Source: Spirochaetia bacterium (lineage in GTDB: Bacteria; Spirochaetota; Spirochaetia; SZUA-6; Bin103). From it: a stretch of 64,000 nt of DNA. The stretch is taken from the NCBI GenBank assembly GCA_965203905.1, contig CBDBDQ010000005.1, forward strand, positions 5,248,001 through 5,312,000, in the 5' to 3' direction. How positions within the stretch are numbered: the stretch's first letter is position 1; each line of letters opens with the position of its first letter. The notes under the pieces are model-generated. The model did not search any database. It saw only the letters and a program-made list of their open reading frames with translations, and was not told the origin of the DNA. Below are positions 9,740 through 20,450 of this stretch, in pieces. The position numbers were made by a program, and so were the translations under genes.

Positions 9740-10657
9740 ATGTCGGTAGTGCCGGCGGCCGCCACGGTGCCGGTGCACGTGCTGTCGGGGTTTCTCGGTT
9801 CCGGCAAGACCACGTTGCTGAACCGGCTGCTGGCGGCGCTGCCGGCGGGGACGCGGTTCGCCGTCGTGGTGAACGACTTCGGGGCGGTGGCGGTGGACGG
9901 CGCCCTGGTCGACCGCGGCAGCTACGCGGTGGCCGAGCTGGCCTCGGGGTGCGTGTGCTGCACCCTGAGCGCACCCATGCAGGAGGCGCTGAGCGAATTG
10001 CTGGACGAGGAGCAGCCGGACACCATCCTGATGGAGACCACCGGGCTGGCGGAGCCGGCGGCGTTTCCGGCGCTGTTCGCGGCACCGGAGCTGGCCGCCC
10101 GCATCCGCCTGGGAAACGTGGCGTGCGTGGTGGACACCAGCACCTATCTCCGCTACGCCGACCACCTGCTGGTGCTGCCGCGGCAGGTGGAGCAGGCCAA
10201 CACGGTGATCATGAACAAGGTCGACCTGGCCGACGCGGCCACGCGGGAAGCGGTTCGCCGCCGCCTGCTGGAGACCTGCCCTCCGGGCACGTTGCTGCTG
10301 GCCGCCGAGCGCTGCGCCGTCGACCCGCGCGTGGTGTACGACGAGCGTCCGGTCTACTTCATCGGCGGCGGCCACCGTGCCGGCCACGACCGGGAGTTCC
10401 AAAGCCTGACCGTTGAAACCGCGCACCGGGTGCGGCTGCCGGCGTTGCGGCAGCTCCTGCAGGGGCTGGCCGGGGAAGTGGAGCGGGCCAAGGGGATGGT
10501 GCACACGGAGGCCGGCCCGAAGCTGGTGCAGCTTACCCTGGCGGGAGTGGAGATCGAGGACTGGCCGGAGCCGCCGGCGGACGCGCGCATCACCTTCGTC
10601 GGCCGCGACCTCGCGGCGCTGGAGCTGCCGGACCGGGTGGCCGCACTCGGCCGATAG
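9740..10657 (+). CDS. CobW/COG0523 family GTPase (metal chaperone)
   Basis: [33 protein letters not shown]-terminal RAKG. Confidence 0.92.
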   Translation: MSVVPAAATVPVHVLSGFLGSGKTTLLNRLLAALPAGTRFAVVVNDFGAVAVDGALVDRGSYAVAELASGCVCCTLSAPMQEALSELLDEEQPDTILMETTGLAEPAAFPALFAAPELAARIRLGNVACVVDTSTYLRYADHLLVLPRQVEQANTVIMNKVDLADAATREAVRRRLLETCPPGTLLLAAERCAVDPRVVYDERPVYFIGGGHRAGHDREFQSLTVETAHRVRLPALRQLLQGLAGEVERAKGMVHTEAGPKLVQLTLAGVEIEDWPEPPADARITFVGRDLAALELPDRVAALGR

Positions 10658-10664
10658 TCATCCC

Positions 10665-12353
10665 ATGTACGACTACGAGGCCATCCTGGCTTCCCAGTCC
10701 CTTCGCGTAGAGCGCGCCTATCCGACCCAGATCACGGACCGGTCGCATCCCGCGCACGGTGCATTCCTGTCCGAGACGAGCGGCGCCCATCCCAACGCCG
10801 ACCACGGCGCCAATGCGTCGCTGCTGGCCAGTGCCTGCTGCGTGCTCCTGGCCGACGGTTCCCGGCTGAAGGGTGACGCCGAGCTGTTCGACCGGGTGCA
10901 ATGGAGCGTCGCGTTCCAGCGCCGCTGGCAGCGGCCGACGGGCCTGATCGACCTGGTCGGCATGAACTTCGAGTCCCCGCCCGACACCGGCTTCGCGGTA
11001 CAGCTTCTGGCGCCGGCCGTGGCGCTTGCCCGCGGCCTTGCCGCCGGCGGCGACAGCCAGGCAAAGGCGATCGCCGAATCGCTCGGCGCGTTCGTCCGCA
11101 CCGCTGCCGGCGGGATGATCGATCGGGGTTTCCACACTCCCAATCATCGGTGGGTGGTGTGCTCCGCTCTGGCCCAGGCCATGACGCTGTTCCCGGAGAT
11201 CGGGGCCGGGCCCTACGTGGAACGCATCCTCGCCGAAACGGTCGACATCAACGAGGACGGGGAATACACGGAGCGCAGCACGGGCGTCTACAACGCCGTC
11301 TGCAACCGGTCACTGCGCTTCATGGCCCACCACCTGGGAAAGCCCGACCTGCTGGATCCGGTGAGGAGGAACCTCGACATCATGTCCCACCTGTTTCACC
11401 AGGATGGGACCGTCGACACCAGCTTCTCCGGCCGGCAGGACCGCGGCCAGCGCATCGTCCCGGTCGCGATCGCCGATTCCTTCTTCGACCTGGCCCAGCG
11501 TGATGGAAACGGTGTCTGGGCCCGGATCGCCGACGAGTTGGTGGCGGCCGGGGAAGCCGCCGCGCACAGTCCCTGGCTGCTCCAGCCCTTCCTTGCGAAT
11601 CCGGAATACCGGCGGGAGAGGCTGGCGCGCAAGCCGCGTCCGGATCACTACGCGAAGCACTACCCGGCCAGCGGTCTCTGGCGCGTGCGGCGCGGGCCGC
11701 TCTCCGCCACCGCCGCAACCGGCAGCCGGGCCGCCTTCGCGGTGCGCTACGGCGATGTCAACCTGCGCTCCGTCAAGTTCTCGGGGACCTACCTGCGCAG
11801 CGCGAACTTCTCCGCGGACCGGATGGCACCGATCGACGGCGGGGTGCGGCTGGAACGGGCGGGGAGGGCACACCCGCTGCCGGGATACGAGCTTCCCCTG
11901 GGACGGCCGCTGGCGTTCGGTTCGGTGCACGCGGCCCGGCCCTCGCGCGGACGCTGGACCCTCCCCCCGATCGACCTGCGACTCGACATCCGCGAAGTCG
12001 AGAACGGGTTCGACCTGCGCTACCTGACCCGCGGCGGGCTCGACCGGATTCCGATAGAGATCGAGTGCGCCTTCGAAGGACCCGGAGAGTGGGAGACGGC
12101 CGACCAGGTCACCCAGGTGACCGCCGGCATGACCTCGGTGCTCAAGTCGGGCCATGGCACCTTCCGACGCGGCGATCAGGCCATCCGGATCGGGCCGGGC
12201 AGCGGCGTGCACTACGATTGGCAGATGCGGGAGTCGGAGCCCAGCCTGGACAGCTTCAGAGTGCTGATCACGCTGCAGACGCCGGTCGACCGGACGCTGG
12301 AGATCCGGTACGGCTCCTGGTCGCTCGCGACCCGCTCTCTGGCGGGCGCCTGA
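10665..12353 (+). CDS. Conserved hypothetical protein, possibly heparinase II/III-like lyase fold
   Basis: 562-aa ORF in an operon; GFHTPNHRWV and DGEYTERSTGVYN motifs; fold is inference. Confidence 0.6.
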   Translation: MYDYEAILASQSLRVERAYPTQITDRSHPAHGAFLSETSGAHPNADHGANASLLASACCVLLADGSRLKGDAELFDRVQWSVAFQRRWQRPTGLIDLVGMNFESPPDTGFAVQLLAPAVALARGLAAGGDSQAKAIAESLGAFVRTAAGGMIDRGFHTPNHRWVVCSALAQAMTLFPEIGAGPYVERILAETVDINEDGEYTERSTGVYNAVCNRSLRFMAHHLGKPDLLDPVRRNLDIMSHLFHQDGTVDTSFSGRQDRGQRIVPVAIADSFFDLAQRDGNGVWARIADELVAAGEAAAHSPWLLQPFLANPEYRRERLARKPRPDHYAKHYPASGLWRVRRGPLSATAATGSRAAFAVRYGDVNLRSVKFSGTYLRSANFSADRMAPIDGGVRLERAGRAHPLPGYELPLGRPLAFGSVHAARPSRGRWTLPPIDLRLDIREVENGFDLRYLTRGGLDRIPIEIECAFEGPGEWETADQVTQVTAGMTSVLKSGHGTFRRGDQAIRIGPGSGVHYDWQMRESEPSLDSFRVLITLQTPVDRTLEIRYGSWSLATRSLAGA

Positions 12354-12358
12354 CGAGC

Positions 12359-13177
12359 ATGGGACCGCGCTTGACCGATGATGTGTTCGACCAGCTCTGC
12401 ACGCAGGGCTACGCCATCGTCCCGCGCTACTTCCCGGAACCACAGCGGGCGGCCATGGCCGCGGCCCTGCGCCGTGTGCTCAGACCCTGGGACCAGGTGC
12501 GGGACGATCCGCCGGCCGACCGCCGCGACACGTATTTCTTTCCCTATCCCGAACAGGTCCTCAACCGCGCCATCGTCGACCGCGAGGCGATCGCCTTTGC
12601 CCGCCGCTGGCTGGGCACCGACCGCATCCAGTACCGGCCCGGCCTGGGCCTGGTCACCTACCCGGGGTTTCGCGGCAACGGCGACCGGGCGCACATCGAC
12701 AACGGCAACAACTCGCTGTTGCCGCCGACGCTGGAGGACCGCGGCCACAGCCAGATCATCTTCTGGTTCTACCTGGAGGACGTGGACGAGGACCAGGCAC
12801 CCACCCGCTTCCTGGCCACGGCCGACGGGCAGGACATGAGCCGCGCGGTGCCGATGGTGGCGCCCGGCGGCTCCGTGGGCATTTTTCACAACTACACCTG
12901 GCACGCGGCCACGGACTATACACGCCCGAGCGGCCAGCGCTACGTGTGGAAGTTCGCCTTCGGCCGCGCCGACCACTACTGGGAAGGCACCGCCCACTAC
13001 ACCCAGGTCGGTGAGGATCCCCACTTCCGTGCCTTCATCAGCGGCCTCGGCGCCCGTGACCGCGAGCTGTTCCGCTTTCCGCCGGCCGGCCATTCCTACT
13101 ACACGGCGCAGACGCTGCGGGCCCTGGAGGAACAGTACCCGGGCTGGAACCGGGACGGCGAGTACAGGCCCGCCTGA
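12359..13177 (+). CDS. Phytanoyl-CoA dioxygenase (PhyH) family 2OG-Fe(II) oxygenase
   Basis: QGYAIV, HID and distal TWH (HxD...H triad), YLEDVDE..PT. Confidence 0.82.
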   Translation: MGPRLTDDVFDQLCTQGYAIVPRYFPEPQRAAMAAALRRVLRPWDQVRDDPPADRRDTYFFPYPEQVLNRAIVDREAIAFARRWLGTDRIQYRPGLGLVTYPGFRGNGDRAHIDNGNNSLLPPTLEDRGHSQIIFWFYLEDVDEDQAPTRFLATADGQDMSRAVPMVAPGGSVGIFHNYTWHAATDYTRPSGQRYVWKFAFGRADHYWEGTAHYTQVGEDPHFRAFISGLGARDRELFRFPPAGHSYYTAQTLRALEEQYPGWNRDGEYRPA

Positions 13178-14205
13178 TGCCCGCTCCGGCCGCCACGGTG
13201 GGTGTGATCGCGAATCCCATGGCTGCCACCGACATTCGGCGGGTGACCGCCAACGCGACCGGCATGCCGATCGGGGACCGCGCCAACACGGTATTGCGGG
13301 TCATGGCGTCGCTGGGCGCCTGCGGGGTGTCGCGCGTGCTGATGATGCCGGAGAACGGCGGCATCCGCAGGCACCTGGTGCGCAGCCTGGAGCGTGAACG
13401 CCGACTGGGCGAAGCGGAACTGCCGCGTCTGGACTTCACCGACACCCCGGTTGCCGGCACCGTGGACGATACCTTCGCCGCCACCCGGGCGATGGTCGCG
13501 GCGGGCGTGAACGCGATCGTCGTCCTCGGCGGCGACGGTACCCACCGAGCGGTGGCCAGGTGCTGCGGAGCAGCGTGGATCGCCGGCATCTCGACCGGCA
13601 CCAACAACGCCTTTCCAGAACAACGCGAACCCACCGTCATCGGTCTGGGCGTGGGGCTGGCGGTGACCGGACGTGTCCCTGCGGCGGTGGCGCTTCGCCC
13701 GAACAAGATCCTGCAGGTGACGATCAACGGCGGCCAGCAATCGGACATCGCCCTGGTGGACGTGTCCGTGACTACCGAACCGTACGCGGGCGCCCGCGCA
13801 CTGTGGCGCAGTGAGCAACTGCGCGAGATATTCGTCACCTTCGCCGATCCCGAGACGATCGGCCTGTCCGCGGTCGCCGGATTCCTGCAGCCCGTGGGCC
13901 GGCGCGAGCCGTTCGGTCTGCGCGTCCAGTTGCGCCCTCCCGCGGAGGCGGCCACCGTGCTGCGGGTGCCGATTGCGCCCGGGCTGATCAAGCCGATCGG
14001 CGTGCGGCGCTACGAGACGCTGGCGGCGGGCGCGACGACGCCCCTGCACCACGAGTCGGGCATGATTTCCCTGGATGGCGAGCGCGAGCTGCACGTCCGG
14101 CCCGGCGACCGGGCGGAAATCACCCTCCGCCCGAATGCGTTCCACACGCTCGACGTGGGCGCGGTGATGCGCTACGCCGCGCAGCACCGCCTGTTGACGC
14201 TCTAG
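13177..14205 (+). CDS. ATP-NAD kinase / AcoX family protein
   Basis: VGVIANPMAATDIRRV, VLGGDGTHR, STGTNNAFP, LDGERE. Confidence 0.85.
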   Translation: MPAPAATVGVIANPMAATDIRRVTANATGMPIGDRANTVLRVMASLGACGVSRVLMMPENGGIRRHLVRSLERERRLGEAELPRLDFTDTPVAGTVDDTFAATRAMVAAGVNAIVVLGGDGTHRAVARCCGAAWIAGISTGTNNAFPEQREPTVIGLGVGLAVTGRVPAAVALRPNKILQVTINGGQQSDIALVDVSVTTEPYAGARALWRSEQLREIFVTFADPETIGLSAVAGFLQPVGRREPFGLRVQLRPPAEAATVLRVPIAPGLIKPIGVRRYETLAAGATTPLHHESGMISLDGERELHVRPGDRAEITLRPNAFHTLDVGAVMRYAAQHRLLTL

Positions 14206-14323
14206 CTTGCAGCCCGTGCTCGCGCCGCGGTTAAAGTGCCGCAGCAGCCATGGGTTCACCAGCAGGACCGGCACCGTGGCAACCGTCTGATTCAGAACAC
14301 CATAAGCCTCCGGGGACTTAACC

Positions 14324-15949
14324 TTAACGGTACTGGCGCTGGTAGGCGGCGGTGGTCATCTCCAGCACCTTGTCGATGCCGATGTCCTGCAGCCCCTTCA
14401 CGAACTCGTCCCAGTCGCCGTCGATGTCCTTGCGGCCGGTGATGAACATGGCGTTCCACTCGTCCATGTGCTGGCGGACCAGCGCCAGCGGCTCGCTCAG
14501 CTCCTGCACCATGTCCAGGTCCAGGAACAGCGGCGGCAGCGCCTTGTTCTCGATGCCGTAGGGTTTCATGGCGTAGGTGCTGGCCTTCCACAGCTCGTGC
14601 TCCAGGTTCCAGGCGCCTTGCTCGGCGGCCACGCTGAAGTAGTAGGTGTTGCCGTCGGCGATCTGCGGAATCGACTGCCCCCAGTGCGAGTTGTGCGGCA
14701 CGCCCCACTCGGTCAGGCGCACCCAGGTGGCCTGCTCGCCGGTGATGCCGAGCTCGCCCGGCTTGGCCGGCCGCCAGTCCTCGCCCTCCTGGCCCCAGCC
14801 GCCGAGGATCGCCTTCGTCTCGTCATACATCATGTCGCCCCAGCGGTAGGCGATCTCCGGGTGCTGGCTGTCCTTGGTGACCACGAAGATCGGCGTGATG
14901 CCGACGTAGTACACCGGCGTCTGCCGGCCGGCCGGGCCCTCCAGCGGCGGCATCGCCTCGTAGTCGTTCTTGGCGCCGTCGGCGTCGAGCGCCGCGAACA
15001 TGCCGTGGTAGCCGCCCAGGCTCATGCCGACCTGGTTGCCGTCCGGGTTCTCGGTGAGTTGGCGCAGGCTGTTCTGGTCGATGGAGAAGCTCTCGGGGTC
15101 GAGCAGCCCCTCGTCGTGCAGCATCTTGAGGTAGCGCAGGCCGTCCTGCCAGCCGGGCTGCAGCGGCGCGAACACGATCTCGTCGCCCTCGACGTAGCGC
15201 CACATGGTGGAGTTGCCGGGGTTGAAGGCGAACGGGTTCATCAGGAACGCGGTGCTGTCGCTGTGCCAGCTATTGGCCAGCGACAGCAGCGGAATCTCGT
15301 CCTCCTTGCCGTTGCCGTTGGCGTCGTTCTCCTTGAATGCACGCAGCACCTCCACCAGCTCGTCGGTGGTCTGCGGCATCTCCAGGCCGAGCCGCTGCAT
15401 CCAGTCCACGTTGATCCAGGCGCGCTGCGCGTAGCGGCAGTGGTAACAGTCGTTGTAGTAGGGCAGCGCGTAGATGTTGCCGTCCGGCGCGGTGATCACG
15501 TTGCGCGCGTTGGGCTCCAGCTTGAACACCTTGTGGATGCCGTGGCCGTACTCATCGATCAGGTCGTTGAGCGGGGTGAACAGCCCCTGCGCCCCGTACA
15601 GGATCACCTGCTCGAAGCTCAGCGGGGTCGAGATGATGTCGGGCAGATCGGAGCCGCTGGACAGCATCAGGGACAGCTTCTCCTGCTTGTCCTGCGCCGG
15701 CACCTGGATCCACTCGATGTTGACGCCGGTCATTCCCTCCCAGTAGATCGTCGCCTTGTTGGTGTTGAAGTCGCCGATGAACGGCGCCGGGGCCACGAAC
15801 ACCGACAGCGTCACCGGCTCCTCGACGATCGGCAGCACCCCGGCCGGGGTCGGCAGCAGGCGCTCGGCGGCGGCCTCCTCCCCGGCGGCGGCGCCGAACG
15901 CCTGCACCGGCACGATCGCCAGCGCGAACAACGTAATGAGCTTTTTCAT
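14324..15949 (-). CDS. Carbohydrate ABC transporter substrate-binding protein (family 1, LplA-like)
   Basis: Start MKKLITLF after AGGAG RBS; SGSDLPD, APDGNIYALP, FKENDANGNGKEDEIP. Confidence 0.9.
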   Translation of the reverse strand: MKKLITLFALAIVPVQAFGAAAGEEAAAERLLPTPAGVLPIVEEPVTLSVFVAPAPFIGDFNTNKATIYWEGMTGVNIEWIQVPAQDKQEKLSLMLSSGSDLPDIISTPLSFEQVILYGAQGLFTPLNDLIDEYGHGIHKVFKLEPNARNVITAPDGNIYALPYYNDCYHCRYAQRAWINVDWMQRLGLEMPQTTDELVEVLRAFKENDANGNGKEDEIPLLSLANSWHSDSTAFLMNPFAFNPGNSTMWRYVEGDEIVFAPLQPGWQDGLRYLKMLHDEGLLDPESFSIDQNSLRQLTENPDGNQVGMSLGGYHGMFAALDADGAKNDYEAMPPLEGPAGRQTPVYYVGITPIFVVTKDSQHPEIAYRWGDMMYDETKAILGGWGQEGEDWRPAKPGELGITGEQATWVRLTEWGVPHNSHWGQSIPQIADGNTYYFSVAAEQGAWNLEHELWKASTYAMKPYGIENKALPPLFLDLDMVQELSEPLALVRQHMDEWNAMFITGRKDIDGDWDEFVKGLQDIGIDKVLEMTTAAYQRQYR

Positions 15950-15984
15950 ACAGCTCCTCCTCTCGGGCTTGATTTGGGTCCAAG

Positions 15985-16890
15985 CTACCCCTTGATTGCC
16001 CCTATCATGACACCTTTCACGAAGTAGCGCTGGACAAACGGGTACATGATCATCACGGGAACGCTGGCCACCACGATGAGCGAGTACTTCAGCAGCGCCA
16101 CCAGGCCCTGGCGCGCCTCCAGCGCCTCCAGGTCGACACCGGTCAGCATGCTCTGATCCACCTCGTTGAGGATCAGGATCTCGCGCAGCACCAGTTGCAG
16201 CGGGTACAGCCGCTTCTCGTTCAGGTAGATGAACCCCTGGAAGAACCCGTTCCAGTGGGTCACCACGCCGTAGAACAGGGCGTTGACCGCGATGATGGCG
16301 CCCGACAGGTGCAGCACCACGTAGAACACGAACTGGAAGTCGCTGCAGCCGTCGATGCGCGCCGCCTCCAGCAGCTCGGGCGCGAGGGTGCTCTGGAAGA
16401 AGGTGCGGGTGATGATCACGTTCCACACGCTCAGCGCCACCGGAATGATCATCACCGCGCGCGTGTTCACCATCCCGAGATTCCGAATCAGGATGTACGT
16501 CGGGATCAAGCCACCCTGGAAAATCAGGGTGAAGACGAAGAACATCATGATCGCGTTGCGCGCCTTGAAGTCGCGCCGCGACAGCGGGTAGCCGGCCAGG
16601 ATCGTCATCGCCACGTTCACGGTGGTGCCGACCACCATGTAGAAGAACGAGTTGTAGTAGCCGCGCATGATCCCCTGGTGGGTGAACACCGCCTCGTAGC
16701 CGCGCAGCGACGGCTCCACCGGCCACAGCCATACGCGGCCGGAGATCACCGCATCGGTGGAGCTGAACGAGGAGCTGAGCACGTAGATCAGCGGATACAG
16801 CACCACTATCAGTGTCAGGATCAGGAAGGCGTTGTTGGCCGCGTAGAACACGCGGTCGGCGGCGGAGACGGTGATCGACGGCCTCGCCAT
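15985..16890 (-). CDS. Carbohydrate ABC transporter permease (LplC/MalG-like)
   Basis: ELLEAARIDGCS EAA motif; PFVQRYFVKGVMIGAIKG. Confidence 0.93.
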   Translation of the reverse strand: MARPSITVSAADRVFYAANNAFLILTLIVVLYPLIYVLSSSFSSTDAVISGRVWLWPVEPSLRGYEAVFTHQGIMRGYYNSFFYMVVGTTVNVAMTILAGYPLSRRDFKARNAIMMFFVFTLIFQGGLIPTYILIRNLGMVNTRAVMIIPVALSVWNVIITRTFFQSTLAPELLEAARIDGCSDFQFVFYVVLHLSGAIIAVNALFYGVVTHWNGFFQGFIYLNEKRLYPLQLVLREILILNEVDQSMLTGVDLEALEARQGLVALLKYSLIVVASVPVMIMYPFVQRYFVKGVMIGAIKG

Positions 16891-16891
16891 G

Positions 16892-17908
16892 CTACCAGAG
16901 ACTCTGCCCGGAGATGGTCTTGGCCAGCCGGTTGACCGCCAGGATCAGGAGCAGGTTGATCACCGCGTTGAACAGGCCGATTGCGGCGCCGTAGGAGTAG
17001 TTGGGGATGCTGCTGACCAGCCCCACCTTGTACACGTAGGTGGCGATGATCTCGGAGCGCGCCAGGTTGAGCGGCACCTGCATCAGGTACACCTTCTCGA
17101 AGCCAAGGGTCATGATCTGGCCGCACTGGATGATCAGCAGCACCACGATGGTGGGCAGGATGCTGGGGATGTCGATGTGCAGGATGCGGCGGAAGCGGTT
17201 GGCGCCGTCGACGATCGCGGCCTCGTGCAACTCCGGATCCACGGTCGAAAGCGCCGCCAGGTAGATGATCGAGTTCCAGCCGGTGAGCTGCCAGACGCCG
17301 GACCACACGTACACGGAGCTGAACAGGGCGGGCTCGGAGAGGAACCTCACCCGCTCGAAGCCGAGCGCGGCGATGATGTCGTTGACGAAGCCGATGCGGG
17401 GCGAGAGAAACTGGATCAGCATGCCGACCATCACCACGGTGGAGATGAAGTAGGGCGCGTAGGTGACCATCTGCACCGTCTTCTTGAAGCGGCGGTTCAG
17501 GGAGCAGTTGAGCCCCAGGGCCAGCAGGATCGGGAACGGGAACCCGGCGGCCAGCGTGTAGAGGCTGATCTCCAGCGTGTTGCGCACCACGCGCACGAAG
17601 TAGGGCGAGTCGAAGAATTTCTGGAAGTACTTGAGGCCGACCCATTCGCTGCCCCAGATACCCTTGATCGCCAGGAAATTGCGGAACGCGATCTGGGTGC
17701 CGTACATCGGGATGTACATGAACACGAAGATGTACACCACCGGCAGCAGCACCAGCAGGTAGAGCTGATAGTTCACCGTCAGGTCGCGCCGCCACGACAG
17801 CAGGGAGCGGGCTAGCGGGCGTGATTCGGAAGCGTCGAGTGCCGCGCGCGGGTTACTCACAACGGTGCAGGAGAGGCTTGCACCGGCCGGCGCCGCTGTC
17901 AAGTTCAC
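16892..17908 (-). CDS. Carbohydrate ABC transporter permease (LplB/MalF-like)
   Basis: YIPMYG, WVGLKYF, ELHEAAIVDGA; start codon uncertain. Confidence 0.92.
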   Translation of the reverse strand: MNLTAAPAGASLSCTVVSNPRAALDASESRPLARSLLSWRRDLTVNYQLYLLVLLPVVYIFVFMYIPMYGTQIAFRNFLAIKGIWGSEWVGLKYFQKFFDSPYFVRVVRNTLEISLYTLAAGFPFPILLALGLNCSLNRRFKKTVQMVTYAPYFISTVVMVGMLIQFLSPRIGFVNDIIAALGFERVRFLSEPALFSSVYVWSGVWQLTGWNSIIYLAALSTVDPELHEAAIVDGANRFRRILHIDIPSILPTIVVLLIIQCGQIMTLGFEKVYLMQVPLNLARSEIIATYVYKVGLVSSIPNYSYGAAIGLFNAVINLLLILAVNRLAKTISGQSLW

Positions 17909-17958
17909 CGCGCCGCCGCGGTTCCGTGGCGGTGGACCAGATCGCGATGGTGAGATAG

Positions 17959-17976
17959 ACTTAGCTCAACTTAGCT
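17959..17976 (+). promoter_or_regulatory. Putative TA autoregulatory operator (ACTTAGCT direct repeat, 10-bp period)
   Basis: acttagct at 17959 and 17969, immediately upstream of the antitoxin ATG. Confidence 0.4.
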
Positions 17977-17984
17977 ACAGAGAG

Positions 17985-18242
17985 ATGGCAATGCGCGTGA
18001 ACATGCACGAGGCGAAGTCGCAGCTCTCGCGGCTGGCGGAGTTGGCGTGGCAGGGTGAGGAGGTCGTGATCTGCAAGGCGGGCAAGCCGTGGCTGAACCT
18101 GATCCCCTACCGGGAGCGCCTGCAGGAGCGGAAGCCGGGAGGACTGGAAGGCCGGATCCGGATGTCTCCCGACTTCGACGACGAGGATGCGGAACTCATC
18201 GCCGATATCGAGAATTCGAAGATCCTGCCGGACGAGAGGTAG
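17985..18242 (+). CDS. Phd/YefM family antitoxin
   Basis: VNMHEAKSQLSRL..GEEVVICKAGKP. Confidence 0.9.
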   Translation: MAMRVNMHEAKSQLSRLAELAWQGEEVVICKAGKPWLNLIPYRERLQERKPGGLEGRIRMSPDFDDEDAELIADIENSKILPDER

Positions 18243-18245
18243 AGG

Positions 18246-18626
18246 ATGCAGCGGTTGCTGTTGGACACCCACGCGTTTCTGTGGTGGGTGTCCGAGGTGG
18301 ACCGGCTGACGGCCGGCGCGCGCGCCGCCATCGCGGATCCGCGCAACGAGGTCTTCATCAGCGCCGTTACCGGCTGGGAGATCGCCGTCAAGAAAGCCAA
18401 GGGCAAATTGACCGCTCCCGACAACCTGGCGGCCATGGTTGACCGGAAGGGCTTCACGCACCTGCCACTGACCTACCACCACGCCGAGCAGTCGGCAGGC
18501 CTCCCCATGCATCATCGCGATCCGTTCGACCGCTTCCTGGTCGCCCAGGCCCAGGCCGAGGGCCTCATCCTCGTCACCCGTGATCGGAACATCCCACGGT
18601 ACGGGGTGCGTACCATAGGGGCTTGA
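18246..18626 (+). CDS. VapC-like PIN domain toxin
   Basis: LLLDTHAFLWW, SAVTGWEI, HRDPFDRFLVAQA, LVTRD. Confidence 0.92.
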   Translation: MQRLLLDTHAFLWWVSEVDRLTAGARAAIADPRNEVFISAVTGWEIAVKKAKGKLTAPDNLAAMVDRKGFTHLPLTYHHAEQSAGLPMHHRDPFDRFLVAQAQAEGLILVTRDRNIPRYGVRTIGA

Positions 18627-18645
18627 ACCGGCGGTCGTCGCAGCG

Positions 18646-19780
18646 TCAGGCGTCGGCTACCTCGAACGCGGTGATGTTGCGCGTTGCGCGGCTGAACTCC
18701 ACTCCGACCAGGTGGATCGGTTCGCCGCCGCCCCGGTACTTCGCCACTTCCCGGTTCGGGTAACCCAGCCGGAACAGCGCCTTGCCGCCCAGCTCCTCCT
18801 CCCCGGTGATCGTCAGGTAGCCGGTCTGGAACAGCAGCGCCTCGGTGCCGATGTGCTCCACGTCGAACGCCGACAGCAGATCCTCCGTGCTGATCGTCTG
18901 GTCCAGTGACATCGACGACACCCGTCGCTCGAACAGCTCTTGCACCAGGAATGCCGGCGTGCCGGTCTCGAACCAGTGCGCGGCGAATCTGCGCCGCCTC
19001 AGCAGCAGCAGCACATCGTGCGGATTGTATACCTTCTCGCCGCCCAGCCAGGTATAGCCGTTGTACCACTCCCGCACCCGCTCCCGGTCCAGCCCGGCCA
19101 GCTCGGGACCGAACACGAGGTCCAGGTCATGCTCGGTGTAGCCGCAAATCGACGAATACACCGGATCCAGGGTGATGTCGGTGAGATTCACCTTCGAGAA
19201 CTTGGTGATGCCGGTGAGGAACGCGAACCGCACGTGCGCGTCGCTGTCCTTGATCACCCCGTACAGGCCGCTCAGGTAGTCGCGGTTGGCAGGCGCCACC
19301 TCCGGATTCTCCAGCGCGTCCAGGATCGGCTTGTCATACTCGTCCACGAGCACCGCCACCCGTTGCCCGCTTTCAGGTGCAGCGCTTCCAGCAGGTGGGC
19401 GAATCGCTCCGGTGCCGTGGGTAGTCCGACTTCACCCGGTGCGCCGCTGCACCGCATCCAACTGTGCCATCACGTTAGGTTCGACCGAACCGCGCTCTCC
19501 GAAGTGGTGGCCGCCGAAGCTCAGCCGCACCACCGGATGACGCTCCGACCAAGTCCAGCGCTCATGGATGTACAGCCCCGCGAACAGCTCCTCGCTGCCG
19601 TCGAACAGCTCGTTCTACGTGTCCAGGAACAGGCTCTTTCCGAACCGCCGCGGCGGCGACAGAAAGGAGTACTTGCCTTCGTCGAGCAGCCGTTTTACGT
19701 AGGCCGTCTTGTCCACGTAGTAACAGTTCGCGCAGCTCGCGGAAGGTCTGGATGCCGAGCGGCAGCCTGCGCGTGGTCAT
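18646..19780 (-). pseudogene. Degraded AAA-ATPase-like / PD-(D/E)XK nuclease family gene
   Basis: [13 protein letters not shown], then a frameshift to YYVDKT..PRRFGKS followed by an in-frame TAG; later LVDEYDKP, LTGITKFS, YNGY; GYPNREV is joined directly to the terminal PIHLVGVEF, so the nuclease region appears deleted. Confidence 0.85.
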
Positions 19781-19793
19781 CGCGTACTCCTCG

Positions 19794-20450
19794 TCACGTG
19801 GCCGAGCCGATCGACGGCGGAAACCAGTCTCGAAGGGTCGCCCTCAACTCGCTGAAGGCGGGATCTCTGCAGCTCCTGAAGTCTATCCTCTGCGCAAGAT
19901 CATGGAACTTCGTCGGCGAGCGCCGTACGCGCTTTCCCAACGCGGCCCGTTCCATCGCTCGTTGCATTGCGCGCTTCGGATCGAGTGGTTTCGGGAGTTC
20001 GGACGGCCACAGCCCCTGCGACTCAAGCCATGCCCGAAGCTGGTCGTAGCGCGCCTCCCAACCCAGGGCTCGAGACACGTGGGAGGAGCGAGTCCAGACC
20101 CACGCTTCTAGCTCCGGTTCGATGACGACGGCCTTGGAACGCTCTTTCCAACCGTTCGTTCCCAGTCGATTCTCAACTGCCTGCTGCGTTTCCTCGCGTG
20201 ATGCGGTGCTGCCCGATCCATGAAGGTCGAATACGACCATCGAGCGCTGGTAACGACCGACGAATGGTCGCAGATACTCAGCGGCCTGCGTCCTGCATCC
20301 GGGATCGCGGTTTGGGTGCCTCCTGACATCGAAGCTGACGTTCCCGACCCTGATACGACGCGGACGCGAAAGCAGGCCTCTGATGGCTTGTTCGATGTCG
20401 AGATCCGCAACGAGGACGATCAGATCACCAGATTCGTGGTTGCCGCTCAT
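19794..20450 (-). CDS. MAD4-like protein of the methylation-associated defence system (DUF4276/TOPRIM-like ATPase partner)
   Basis: DLIVLVADLDIE, HPNRDPGC, PELEAWVW, CRDPAF motifs; overlaps the ATPase gene; family call is from recognition, not a search. Confidence 0.65.
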   Translation of the reverse strand: MSGNHESGDLIVLVADLDIEQAIRGLLSRPRRIRVGNVSFDVRRHPNRDPGCRTQAAEYLRPFVGRYQRSMVVFDLHGSGSTASREETQQAVENRLGTNGWKERSKAVVIEPELEAWVWTRSSHVSRALGWEARYDQLRAWLESQGLWPSELPKPLDPKRAMQRAMERAALGKRVRRSPTKFHDLAQRIDFRSCRDPAFSELRATLRDWFPPSIGSAT

